IMG/VR virus record: IMGVR_UViG_3300042691_028354
Span: 22,493-86,492 of that record
DNA from: a virus
Strand: one strand, 5' to 3'
Length of the DNA: 64,000 bases
The position numbers and the translations under genes were made by a program. Under the pieces are notes generated by a model. It was not told the DNA's origin. It did not search any database and saw nothing but the letters and a program-made list of their open reading frames with translations. This document shows positions 19,108-28,319 of this stretch, in pieces (position 1 is the first letter of the stretch; each line of letters starts with the position of its first letter).

Positions 19108-19626
19108 GTGATAACCGTCATTGGACTGGACCTTTCGCTCACTTCAACCGGCATCTGCGTTGATGGCGTTGCCGAGTCGCTCAGCAGTCAACTCAAGGGC
19201 GTAGAGCGATTGGCTGATCTTGCCGAGCAGGTCTGTGAACGCGTGAGTTCAACGCCCCATGCCGTCGTGTGCGTGGAGGGATACTCGTTCGGATCTCGCA
19301 ACTCTCAGGCTCATGCCATTGGTGAGCTCGGGGGAGTGGTGAGGTACCGACTGTGGCAACTGGGCATACCTGTCGTGGACATCCCCCCGACGTGTCGGGC
19401 GAAGTTCGCTACCGGTCGAGGCAACGCCGGCAAGGACGAGGTGGTCTCGGCCATCTCGGCCCGCACCGGCATTGTCTGGGCAGGTAAAGGCGCCAATGAC
19501 AGATGTGATGCGTGGATCCTTGAAGAGATGGGTCGCACCCATTTCAACTCCCAGCGCTACGACTGGCCTCAGGTGAATCTTTCCGCCATGGACAAGGTGG
19601 ATTGGTCGCCCTTTACATCACAATAG
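19108..19626 (+). CDS. ruvC: RuvC-like Holliday junction resolvase
   Basis: VIGLDLSLTSTG, CVEGY, GELGGVV, KFATGRGNAGK, NDRCDA. Confidence 0.9.
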   Translation: MITVIGLDLSLTSTGICVDGVAESLSSQLKGVERLADLAEQVCERVSSTPHAVVCVEGYSFGSRNSQAHAIGELGGVVRYRLWQLGIPVVDIPPTCRAKFATGRGNAGKDEVVSAISARTGIVWAGKGANDRCDAWILEEMGRTHFNSQRYDWPQVNLSAMDKVDWSPFTSQ

Positions 19627-19647
19627 CGACGGTCTACAGTCCGTCAC

Positions 19648-20010
19648 ATGGCAATGACCAACGGAGTTCAACGGTCACGTCCGATCTCGCAGGTAGATGT
19701 CGAAGAAGAAATCATTCGACTGCTGAATCTTCTTGAGGCGGAGACCGAAGCGTTTGAGGCCCTGGCCGAAGACGGTGCAAAGAAGGAAGCGAAGTACAAG
19801 GCGGAATGGGCAAAGGCCTACCTCTCGGCCACCGGCTCCATCAAAGAGCGCGAAGCGTGGTCCGACTACCAAATGGAAGACAAGGCGCTTGACTTCAAGA
19901 TCGCCGAAGGACTCGTGAAGGCAAAGCGGGAGAAGTTGACTTCGTTGAGGACCTCCATAGATGCCCTGCGCACGTTGAACGCCAACGTCCGTAGTCAGGT
20001 GATGCCGTGA
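19648..20010 (+). CDS. Helical hypothetical protein (weak UvsY-like character)
   Basis: 120-aa coiled-coil ORF; function not confidently recognised. Confidence 0.7.
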   Translation: MAMTNGVQRSRPISQVDVEEEIIRLLNLLEAETEAFEALAEDGAKKEAKYKAEWAKAYLSATGSIKEREAWSDYQMEDKALDFKIAEGLVKAKREKLTSLRTSIDALRTLNANVRSQVMP

Positions 20011-20801
20011 ATGAGCGGGTTCACCCGAAGCTTGATCCGTTGATTGTCCCGGTCTCGTCGTTGCGCTATCTCGAGCCGAACCCGCGCAAGGGCAATGTGC
20101 TCGCGATCAAGGCCTCTCTTGAGCAGTTCGGTCAGCTCAAGCCGATCGTTACCAGGCTCAATGAAGACGGCACCGCCACGGTCCTAACCGGAAATCACAC
20201 CCTGAAGGCAGCGGTTCTACTGGGGTGGGAGTACATCGCCGCAGTGGTTGACGAAAGCATGGATGACGCCCACGCGTCGGCTTTCTCATTGGTAGACAAC
20301 CGAGTGAACGAGCTCGGCAGTGTCGACTCTGAGATCCTGTACGACGCGCTCATTGACGTGGTCGAAGTGATGCCTGAGATGTTTGACGCCGTGGGCTGGG
20401 ACGACTTTGAGATCGCCTCCATTGCAGTGGGCGTTGAGAACGACGATGGCACTGTAGCCACTGGGCAGGCCGGCGGATACGTTGCCCCCGAGTTTGTTGG
20501 CCGCACCGGAGAGCCAACGGTCAAGCCAACCTTGGATTCCACCGACCCCGAAGGGCCTCGACTTGTCGCCCCATCCGGGACCGATGAACGCGCCGCCATC
20601 GTCGCCGGTGTGGGTGGAGCGATCTCTCAAAACCCGAACGCCAAGAAGGCCGCCGTCCAGTACACGCTTGTGTTTGATGACGCTGACCAAATGGGGCGCT
20701 GGTGGGAGTTTGTCCGCTTCCTTCGATCTTCCGAGGTCTATGTCGGCGAGACCATCTCCGAGCGACTCATGGACTTCATTGAAGCCCACAGCGACTTCTA
20801 G
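20007..20801 (+). CDS. ParB/Srx N-terminal domain protein
   Basis: NPRKG, SLEQFGQLKPIV, GNHTLKAA..LGW, DNR. Confidence 0.85.
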   Translation: MNERVHPKLDPLIVPVSSLRYLEPNPRKGNVLAIKASLEQFGQLKPIVTRLNEDGTATVLTGNHTLKAAVLLGWEYIAAVVDESMDDAHASAFSLVDNRVNELGSVDSEILYDALIDVVEVMPEMFDAVGWDDFEIASIAVGVENDDGTVATGQAGGYVAPEFVGRTGEPTVKPTLDSTDPEGPRLVAPSGTDERAAIVAGVGGAISQNPNAKKAAVQYTLVFDDADQMGRWWEFVRFLRSSEVYVGETISERLMDFIEAHSDF

Positions 20802-20809
20802 GAGTCATC

Positions 20810-20959
20810 GTGGAAGCCGATGTCGAACTGAAACGCACGCAAGACAATCGTGCGTGGTTCCTCAAAGTTGGCGATGAGGTCATCTTCTTGGAGTCCACGT
20901 CCGTGGGCGTTCGCTGCCCAGAGTGCGGCTATGTCGGTTGCCGTTGCGAGGACTGGTAG
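20810..20959 (+). CDS. Small Cys-rich protein (49 aa; absent from track)
   Basis: AGGAG RBS then GTG; ends RCPECGYVGCRCEDW. Confidence 0.6.
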   Translation: MEADVELKRTQDNRAWFLKVGDEVIFLESTSVGVRCPECGYVGCRCEDW

Positions 20960-21004
20960 CAATCGGTCATACTGAGTTCTCTATCTAGTCCTAGTGAGTC
21001 AAGC

Positions 21005-21346
21005 ATGAGTAAATCTGAAAAGTACGTCGCAGTTCTAATCTCACAACGCACAGCGGATGAGTTGACCAAGTACGTCGACTGTTACGCCCCTTTACTGAAT
21101 GAGGTGGCCCTCGCCTGCACCCAGCCCTTCAAGGAGTCGGCTGAGGTCGACGAGATCAAGCGCCTGCGGGGAATCATTGATGAGCTCATCCCGTACCTGA
21201 TCATTGACGTGCGCTCCGGCATCACCTTGGGGGAGCCGCCCCTGGGACACGATGACGACTGCTCCGACTGCGACTGGTACCGAGAGTCACTGGCGTGGAA
21301 GCAGCGCCTCAAGTCGGGCGAACTGGGATCGGTGTACAGGCTGTGA
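21005..21346 (+). CDS. Hypothetical protein
   Basis: 113 aa, CxxC near C-terminus, GTGA-coupled to the next gene. Confidence 0.65.
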   Translation: MSKSEKYVAVLISQRTADELTKYVDCYAPLLNEVALACTQPFKESAEVDEIKRLRGIIDELIPYLIIDVRSGITLGEPPLGHDDDCSDCDWYRESLAWKQRLKSGELGSVYRL

Positions 21347-22506
21347 CCCGCCAGCGCATGTTCTTGGACATGTCATGCGTCGATGCAGCCCGAGAGCGCA
21401 TGCGCCACATCTACGACACCTTTGACACAGTGTGCGTGCAGTTCTCAGGCGGCAAAGACTCAACCGCCGTATTGCTGCTCGCCAAGGAGATCCACGACGA
21501 GCGCAACCTCGGCCCAGTCAAGGTCATCTTCCGAGACGAAGAGATGCTCAGTCCCATGGTCGAGGAATACCTGCTGTTCGTGCGCGAACTGCCGTGGGTT
21601 GACATGGAGTGGTTCTGCCTTCCCGTCGGACAGGAAGTCTGGGTGCTGGGTCGGCGCGAATACGTGCTGCTGTGGTCACCCGAGCGGGCCGCCGAGGGCC
21701 GACTTGTCCGAGAGATGCCGTCATGGGCAATCGGCGCCGAAGACTTCGGTCTTGACCCGGCAGAGCCGATCCCCGAGTCCATCGACTACTACACGATGGT
21801 CGGAAAGAAAGGCATGACGGCCTTCGTCACCGGCGTGCGGGCAAACGAGTCAATGATTCGTTACCGCTCCTGTGTGCAGAAGCTCCACGAGAACTACATC
21901 GTTCAGCCCTACCGGCTCAAGAAGTCCATTCCATTGCGGTTCGCCAAGCCGATCTACGACTGGACCACCAACGACGTGTTGCGCTTCGTGACCGTCGAAC
22001 ACGACTTCCCCGTCTGCGAGTACTACACCGTTGCTGCGATCAGTGGCTCCAATGCCCGAGTGGGTGTGCCGTTGCATTCAGTCGCGGCCCGACGCATCGG
22101 CGACGTTGTGGCAACCGAACCGGAGTTCTACGACCGCCTCTACGACTGCTTCCCACACATCGACGCCCAGCGCCGACTGTGGTCTCAAGTCAACGTGGAC
22201 GCGTTGGTCGACTCCTACGCACTTGACGAATGGGACGGCGTTCGTCGCTGTATTGAGGACAACGTGTTGACCCCAGGATTGACCCAGGACGCAATGGCCT
22301 ATGCCGCCGCCTTCCGAAAGAAGTGGGCCAACGATCCTTGGTCCTACCCCCTTGAGTGGCTGGTGCGAAACCTACTCCTGAATGACTTCTCAGTCACTTC
22401 AGTTACTCCCGTCGGCCCCAAGACGCGCGCCCACGCTCGCCGCATGGCCGCCGCCCAACAGATGGCTGACGCCAACACCCTCGACGCTTTGGACGACAAC
22501 CGATGA
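21343..22506 (+). CDS. ibrA: IbrA-like PAPS-reductase-family (PP-loop) protein
   Basis: AARERM...FSGGKDS, FRDEE, GVRANES..R, KPIYDW; likely GTG start 21343. Confidence 0.85.
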   Translation: MTRQRMFLDMSCVDAARERMRHIYDTFDTVCVQFSGGKDSTAVLLLAKEIHDERNLGPVKVIFRDEEMLSPMVEEYLLFVRELPWVDMEWFCLPVGQEVWVLGRREYVLLWSPERAAEGRLVREMPSWAIGAEDFGLDPAEPIPESIDYYTMVGKKGMTAFVTGVRANESMIRYRSCVQKLHENYIVQPYRLKKSIPLRFAKPIYDWTTNDVLRFVTVEHDFPVCEYYTVAAISGSNARVGVPLHSVAARRIGDVVATEPEFYDRLYDCFPHIDAQRRLWSQVNVDALVDSYALDEWDGVRRCIEDNVLTPGLTQDAMAYAAAFRKKWANDPWSYPLEWLVRNLLLNDFSVTSVTPVGPKTRAHARRMAAAQQMADANTLDALDDNR

Positions 22507-23051
22507 ACCCAATCGACACCCTCACCTACGTATCAACAGATGAACTCACACCGGCTCCATGGCGAGTGACATACACACTGAAGCCAGACATGATCACCAT
22601 TGCCGAAAGCCTGCTTGCCAACGGGTGGATCCAGCCGATCGTCGCTCGTCACGACGGAACCATCATTGATGGTCATGCTCGAGTCTTCATAGCCTCAACC
22701 GACCCACGCCTAGACGGGTCAGTCGTCCCCGTGGTGCGCCTGAACGTGGACGATCCAACTGCGGTGGCTACACACATCCAACTCAATCGGGGCCGAGGCG
22801 GTGTGCAGGCAAAGCAACTGAGCCGAGCCATCAAACGACTCATCGCAGCCGGGTGGGACGACGAACGCATCTGCGCGTCACTACACATGGACTTTGAGGA
22901 GTTCGACCTGCTTGCCGACGGATCACTGATCAAGTCCAAGAAACTGGCAGAGCACAAGTGGTCACCCGCGTGGATTCCTGTCGAAGCACCGCCAGCCGGC
23001 AGCATTCAGGAGACCGTTCACATTGAGAGGCCACCCAACGGCGACCGCTGA
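22503..23051 (+). CDS. ibrB: IbrB-like ParB-domain protein
   Basis: SLLANGWIQPIV, IIDGHAR, ATHIQLNRGRG, WDDERIC; coupled to the ibrA-like gene. Confidence 0.8.
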   Translation: MNPIDTLTYVSTDELTPAPWRVTYTLKPDMITIAESLLANGWIQPIVARHDGTIIDGHARVFIASTDPRLDGSVVPVVRLNVDDPTAVATHIQLNRGRGGVQAKQLSRAIKRLIAAGWDDERICASLHMDFEEFDLLADGSLIKSKKLAEHKWSPAWIPVEAPPAGSIQETVHIERPPNGDR

Positions 23052-23120
23052 GCATCTGCTGACTCAGTAGCACGAAGTGGTACCTTCGGGGTGTAGTTCG
23101 TCATGAACGAGGTCCTTTGA

Positions 23121-23354
23121 ATGGCTATCCAGCGCCGCCGCCGAGATGTAGAACTCAGCCGTCGCGACCGACGTCGTCGTCGGCCTCGTCGCACTTCGGT
23201 GACCCCGAACGCAGAAGTTACTCCTGACATCACCCCAAACCGACCTGGCTCCACGCCGGCCACCCCAGAGCGTCGTCGCGGTTTCGCTCGACGCCTTGCC
23301 GATGCGCTTCGCCGAACCGGTCGACGCATCGCCGGCACCAGCAACGACGGCTAG
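23121..23354 (+). CDS. Small Arg-rich basic protein
   Basis: 77 aa with several RRR runs; GAGG RBS; fills the intergenic gap exactly. Confidence 0.6.
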   Translation: MAIQRRRRDVELSRRDRRRRRPRRTSVTPNAEVTPDITPNRPGSTPATPERRRGFARRLADALRRTGRRIAGTSNDG

Positions 23355-23367
23355 GGCGGTCTAGCTC

Positions 23368-23997
23368 ATGCTCGTTGACGCTGACGACCTGGCCACCTAC
23401 ATGGACCTTGGCCGGTTTACGAACCGCCAAGAGGCCAACGCCGACCTGATCCTTGAGGGCGTTCAGGCAGAAATCGCCTCATACCTGCGCCGACCGGTTG
23501 AACCGGAGGAGTTTCTGGAGGTCTACACGATCCCCGAGGACTACCTCTACATCTCCCCAAGCGCGTACTTCTACGATCGAACCCTTGACGTCACAGCCGA
23601 CTCCATCGAGCGCATCGTGGAACCGCCTTACACGTTGCACCTACGCCAAAGCCCAGTGTCCGAGGTAGAGCAGGTCAGAGTCAAGGGTCGCGCTGCTGCC
23701 ACATGGACGACACTGACCGCCGGCACGCAGTACGTGGCTAGCCGGTGGGGAATCGACATGTTTGCTGTTCAGGCTTTCGATCAGGTCGAGGTCACCTACA
23801 CCGCCGGGCTTGAGGAACAGGCTCAGAAGTACATCCGTCTCCTGATCTTGCGCGTAGCAAGCCGAGAGATGCAGAACCTCACCGATGATGTGGTCGGCCT
23901 CAAGGATCTGAACACGCGAGAGGTCGCCGTCCAGGACGTCGGACTCACCGAACGCGACTTCATGGTGTTGAAGCGGTGGCGTAGGCGGCAGATCTAG
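23368..23997 (+). CDS. Head-to-tail adaptor/connector
   Basis: LVDADDLATY, IASYLRR, EVTYTAG, C-terminal LKRWRR; first gene of the neck module. Confidence 0.75.
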   Translation: MLVDADDLATYMDLGRFTNRQEANADLILEGVQAEIASYLRRPVEPEEFLEVYTIPEDYLYISPSAYFYDRTLDVTADSIERIVEPPYTLHLRQSPVSEVEQVRVKGRAAATWTTLTAGTQYVASRWGIDMFAVQAFDQVEVTYTAGLEEQAQKYIRLLILRVASREMQNLTDDVVGLKDLNTREVAVQDVGLTERDFMVLKRWRRRQI

Positions 23998-23999
23998 CC

Positions 24000-24473
24000 A
24001 TGACCTCCGTAGAGATTGACGTCGACATCTCCGAGGCCTTTTGGCACATTCGCGGCATCAAGGAGAAAATGGGCCACTACAAGCCCGTCTTTGAGATCGC
24101 ACGCGAGTTCCTTGAAACAGCAAACGCCTCCAACTTCGCCAATCACGGCGTGTCGTCGGGCAAACCTTGGGCTCCTTACGGCACATGGTCGGCTCGCGCT
24201 GGGCAGCCGGTGACGATGGTGAGCAGGCGTGGCGGCAATCTGCTTGAGTCGCTGACCAACCTGCGCGGCATGCCCAACGAGATCAACGACTCCACGGCAA
24301 CTTTCGGAACCAACATTCGCTACGCACAGTTCCACCAGTACGGAACTTCCAACATGCCGGCCCGTGAGATCGTGTTCGAGCCGGTTGGGTTCAAGAAGGC
24401 GCTCTCAGCAGTGACCGACACCTACCTCACCGGGCTGAACCCAAGCCTTGATGACCTGAAGGCGTCGTTCTGA
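24000..24473 (+). CDS. Virion morphogenesis/neck protein (Mu gpG/P2 gpS-like)
   Basis: GKPWAP, FGTNIRYAQFHQYGTSNMPARE. Confidence 0.85.
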   Translation: MTSVEIDVDISEAFWHIRGIKEKMGHYKPVFEIAREFLETANASNFANHGVSSGKPWAPYGTWSARAGQPVTMVSRRGGNLLESLTNLRGMPNEINDSTATFGTNIRYAQFHQYGTSNMPAREIVFEPVGFKKALSAVTDTYLTGLNPSLDDLKASF

Positions 24474-25081
24474 TGCAGCAGGGACCGTGGCTTGCCAAGA
24501 AGTACGTCACTGACTACCTCGCGTCTGATCTTCCGACGCGCCTGATTCAGCATCGCAACGAGTGGCAACTTGACTCCGAGCGGCTTCCCGACCCTGAGCT
24601 CTATGTCGCTTACGAGCCGGCCGGCCTCGAGGTTTGGCCGACGATCATCACGATCCAAATGGCAACATCGCAAATCGTTCGCACCGACTACGCCAACTGG
24701 ACCACCGATCCGAACTATCGAGTCACCTACAACCTGCGCACCTACGTGTGGGTTCGGGGTGAAGGGCCAGAACAGACCACCGAGACCCGTGATCGACTTA
24801 CGGCGGTGGTCCGAGCAAGCTTGCTTGATCATCCCGCCATGGCCGCCAACGACCCCGGCTTCTTTCCAACGGCAACATCCGAAGTGAGACTTGATGAAAC
24901 GACGTTGCGTGAAGAGTATTCGGACCTCTCGTATGCGAAGGGCGATCGCGTGATCGCTGGAGCGTTCCTTGGCTACGAGTTCAGCCTCAATGAGCAGATT
25001 ACGCGTCAGAAACTTGGCGATGTATCGGTTATTGGCATTGACATCCAGCAGGTTCCGTTGGGAGAGGACTTTACGTCGTAA
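24473..25081 (+). CDS. Probable tail terminator/completion protein
   Basis: Position between neck and sheath, size; synteny-based. Confidence 0.6.
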   Translation: MQQGPWLAKKYVTDYLASDLPTRLIQHRNEWQLDSERLPDPELYVAYEPAGLEVWPTIITIQMATSQIVRTDYANWTTDPNYRVTYNLRTYVWVRGEGPEQTTETRDRLTAVVRASLLDHPAMAANDPGFFPTATSEVRLDETTLREEYSDLSYAKGDRVIAGAFLGYEFSLNEQITRQKLGDVSVIGIDIQQVPLGEDFTS

Positions 25082-25091
25082 AGTGGTGTAC

Positions 25092-25418
25092 ATGGCCAAT
25101 GTCGCGCGTGTGTGGAATCCGTTGAGCCGACCCGTTCAGGTTTCGGTAAATGGTGTGATGGTTGCCGGACTCACTGAGTCCGATGTTGATCTTGACGATG
25201 TTGTTGCGGCTGCTGCGCTTACCGCAGGTGACATCGTTCTACTTGCGCCCACTAAGACTGTTTCGGTGGCAGAATCAGTGGAGCCACAACAGACTGAAGA
25301 AGTAGCGGTTCCCGCTGACTCTGATGAACCTGAAGAGGCACCCACCGAAGAGGAAGAGGCACCCGAGCCCGCTCCTCGCCCCCGTAAGAAGCCCGCTACC
25401 CAGGCGAAGGAGTCCTGA
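25092..25418 (+). CDS. Small protein preceding sheath
   Basis: Likely start ATG 25092; acidic Pro-rich tail; TGATG-coupled to sheath. Confidence 0.65.
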   Translation: MANVARVWNPLSRPVQVSVNGVMVAGLTESDVDLDDVVAAAALTAGDIVLLAPTKTVSVAESVEPQQTEEVAVPADSDEPEEAPTEEEEAPEPAPRPRKKPATQAKES

Positions 25419-26938
25419 TGCCAGGCGTAAATGTCACCACCGGCGTGCGAGTCGGCCCGACTGGGGTTGATGCTGCACCGGCATCGACCTTCTTCATCGT
25501 TGGTACCGCGGAACGTGGTCCCGTCGATGAGGCGATGACCGTCACCAGCATGAGCCAGTTTGAGGCCATCTATGGTGGGTTCTCCTCGAGCTTCACGCTG
25601 AACGACAATGTCCGCACCTACTTTGAGGAAGGTGGCACCCGTGCCATCGTTTCTCGAGTCGTTGGTGCTGATCCTGATGCCGCTTCGGTGGATGTCGTGG
25701 ATGCCTCTGACGGCAACGTCCTCAGCCTCACCGCCGCTTCGCCGGGCGTGTGGGCCAACTCGGCAGCTTCGCCGGCAAAGGACGGCCTCAAGGTCATCGT
25801 TACCGCCGCTGGTGGGACCGGCTTCACCTTGGTGCTCACCTACAAGGGTGAGACCATCTTCTCTGGCGGGCCGTTCCTCAACGAAACGCTTATTGACGGA
25901 TCAACCAAGTACGCCAAGCAGTTTGCGGCCGAGGCCATCAATGGTTCTGCTGCACTGACCCACTTCGTGTCGGCCGCCGTCGGGAACTCAGTTCTCAACG
26001 CTGCGGCAGACACTCTTGACTTCACTGGTGGCTCGGAAGGCGACTCCATCGTCGCTGCCGACTACGTCACCGGTCTTGACCTGTTCGACTACGACTTCGG
26101 CCCTGGTGCCGTCGCCGTTCCCGGCCAGGCCTCATCGACCATTTGGGAAGGCATTCGTGACCATGCGGTTGCGAATCGCCGCATCGCCCTGTGTGCGACG
26201 ACCTCGACCCGCACCTCATCGCAGGCCATCGGCGATGCCGACGCCTACTGGGGTACGACCGCAGCGTCTCGCAACGAGGCTTCCTACATGGCGTTCTACT
26301 GGCCATGGGTCACCGTTCCCGACGGCTTCGGTGGAACCCGTGATCAGTCCCCCGAGGCGTTCGTGGCTGCGGCCCGAGCTCGGGCACACCTTCAGGGTGG
26401 CCCGTGGCGTCCCGGTGCGGGCGAGGTCTCCGCTTCTCGCTACGTCACCGGCCTTGTCACTCCTGTGACTAAGTCGACGGGCGACACGCTTGATGCCAGC
26501 CGGGTCAACGCCCTGCGAGTCATCGGCAACACGGTTCGTGTCTACGGCGCCCGCTCGGTGTCGTCGGACGAGACCAACTGGCGCTTCATCACCTACCGAG
26601 ACACCCTCAACTTCATCACGGGTCGAGCCGAAGCGGCTCTTGAGCCACTGGTGTTCCGTCCGATTGACGGTCGAGGCAACCTCTTCGGTGAGATCGAAGC
26701 GATCCTGACCGGAATCATGGAGCCGATTCGTGCGGACGGCGGTGTGTACGAGGGCATTGACCCCGTCACCGGCAACCAGCTCGATGCCGGCTACTCGGTG
26801 AGCGCCGATTCGGCCAACAACCCGACCGCAGATCTCGCCAACGGTGTCGTCACCGCTGTCGTGGGTGCTCGCGTCTCGCCGGTTGCTGACCAAATCAACA
26901 TCACCATCACCAAGTCGGCCCTCAACGCCATCGTCTGA
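25418..26938 (+). CDS. Tail sheath protein
   Basis: MPGV, FIVGTAERGP, YFEEGG, YWPWV, VNALR, VYGARS, WRFI. Confidence 0.95.
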   Translation: MPGVNVTTGVRVGPTGVDAAPASTFFIVGTAERGPVDEAMTVTSMSQFEAIYGGFSSSFTLNDNVRTYFEEGGTRAIVSRVVGADPDAASVDVVDASDGNVLSLTAASPGVWANSAASPAKDGLKVIVTAAGGTGFTLVLTYKGETIFSGGPFLNETLIDGSTKYAKQFAAEAINGSAALTHFVSAAVGNSVLNAAADTLDFTGGSEGDSIVAADYVTGLDLFDYDFGPGAVAVPGQASSTIWEGIRDHAVANRRIALCATTSTRTSSQAIGDADAYWGTTAASRNEASYMAFYWPWVTVPDGFGGTRDQSPEAFVAAARARAHLQGGPWRPGAGEVSASRYVTGLVTPVTKSTGDTLDASRVNALRVIGNTVRVYGARSVSSDETNWRFITYRDTLNFITGRAEAALEPLVFRPIDGRGNLFGEIEAILTGIMEPIRADGGVYEGIDPVTGNQLDAGYSVSADSANNPTADLANGVVTAVVGARVSPVADQINITITKSALNAIV

Positions 26939-26956
26939 GACAAGGGGTAACACGAA

Positions 26957-27439
26957 ATGGCAAAGGTTTCCCAGCGGCAGATCGTAGCGGCGGTAAAGCC
27001 GTCTGCTTCGCAGCCGAACACCCGGCGCACACCGCCGGACTTCACGACTGGCGTTCGTCGCTACTTCGCTCAGGTGTCGGGCGGCGAGGTCCAGGCCTCG
27101 GTGGAGAAGGTCTACGACGGTGGTTCAACCACCCCGCAGGTCCTCCCCGCACCGATCGAGGTTGGCGACGTCACCGTCACCCGTCACTACGACCCCGATG
27201 TCGACGCACCACTGATCGCTGGGGCTCGCCCCCTCGTCGGCAAGGCGCGCTACGACGTTGCGGTGTTCACTCTTGACGCAGACAACCAGATCATCCAGGG
27301 CCGCACTCGGGTCTACCCGAGCACGCTGTTAGTGAACATCACCGAGCCAGAGGGCGATTCGTCCTCGGGTGGCCCGGCGACGTTCTCGATGACCTTCTCC
27401 TGTGAGAATGTCACCAACTCGGGCGGCTCGCTGATCTAA
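26957..27439 (+). CDS. Tail tube protein
   Basis: Follows sheath; FAQVSGG, GDVTVTR, EPEGDSSS. Confidence 0.8.
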   Translation: MAKVSQRQIVAAVKPSASQPNTRRTPPDFTTGVRRYFAQVSGGEVQASVEKVYDGGSTTPQVLPAPIEVGDVTVTRHYDPDVDAPLIAGARPLVGKARYDVAVFTLDADNQIIQGRTRVYPSTLLVNITEPEGDSSSGGPATFSMTFSCENVTNSGGSLI

Positions 27440-27470
27440 CCCAGTCGGGTTCACAACTCAGTTTCTCGCT

Positions 27471-27497
27471 AGGGCGCTTCCTCAAAGGGGGCGCTCT
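27471..27497 (+). terminator. GC-rich hairpin after tail tube gene, putative intrinsic terminator
   Basis: AGGGCGCTTCCT-CAA-AGGGGGCGCTCT stem with G-U pairs; weak U-tract. Confidence 0.55.
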
Positions 27498-27552
27498 TGC
27501 GCGTATACTGCGTTACATTCACCCCTAGTAACTCAGTAGATTGGAAACTGAA

Positions 27553-28095
27553 ATGGATCTTGACTCGGTCTTCACCTTTGGTGACGACGGTGGCGATGAC
27601 ATCGCGATCACCAAGGACTTAGCCGATGGTGGCGACATCGTTATTGCCGGCGACGAACCCAGCCTCCTCGCTCAGCTCAAGAACGCCCTTGCCAAGGACG
27701 TTCGACGCACGGACATTCTTGTCGAGGTTCCTGAGCGCAAGAACATGATCATCCGATACTCGCCGAACATCACCCAGCACCAGATTCGTGCGTGGCGTCG
27801 CGGCTCGGGCGACAGTCGCAAAGAAGGCATGGATGCTGTGCGCTTTGCGTGCCACGTCCTGGCCAACACCTGTACCGGAATCCTTATCAATGGACAGGAA
27901 GTCACCGAGAACGGCGAACCAGTGACCTTCTCTCACGAGATTGTCATGCAGATGGTTGGCGCCACTCGAGTGTTTGATTGCGTTCGAGCCGTTTACGGTC
28001 TTGACCCTCACGTCGAAGCGGCAGCGTTGGCTGTCCTTGATGCTGCTGGATTCAATGACGACGTGGAGCAGGTGGACCCTACGAAAGTGTCGTAG
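27553..28095 (+). CDS. Tail assembly chaperone (gpG-like)
   Basis: Between tube and tape measure; ends VDPTKVS; ATG 27553 (track TTG 27541). Confidence 0.75.
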   Translation: MDLDSVFTFGDDGGDDIAITKDLADGGDIVIAGDEPSLLAQLKNALAKDVRRTDILVEVPERKNMIIRYSPNITQHQIRAWRRGSGDSRKEGMDAVRFACHVLANTCTGILINGQEVTENGEPVTFSHEIVMQMVGATRVFDCVRAVYGLDPHVEAAALAVLDAAGFNDDVEQVDPTKVS

Positions 28096-28268
28096 ACGAC
28101 CTGATGGGCTCGCCGGACATTCAGACGGCGGCCCGGATGGGGGAGTTGTTCGGCCAAGATCCGATCACACTCCTTGACTGCGACAGGGTCACATGGTTGA
28201 TCCGATTGGCCTGTGCTAAAGTCATAGCACGGGATCGTGAGGAGCAAGCCAAAAGGGCGAAGTCATAA
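28080..28268 (+). CDS. Tail assembly chaperone extension (gpT-like), probably reached by -1 frameshift
   Basis: -1 frame open 28059-28268: YESVVDDLMGSPDIQTAARMGELFGQDPITLL...AKRAKS; absent from track. Confidence 0.65.
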   Translation, partial: YESVVDDLMGSPDIQTAARMGELFGQDPITLLDCDRVTWLIRLACAKVIARDREEQAKRAKS

Positions 28269-28319
28269 GACACTGAGTCATGGCTGCGTTTCAGAACGCC
28301 CCGAGGAGGTGATCCCGTA

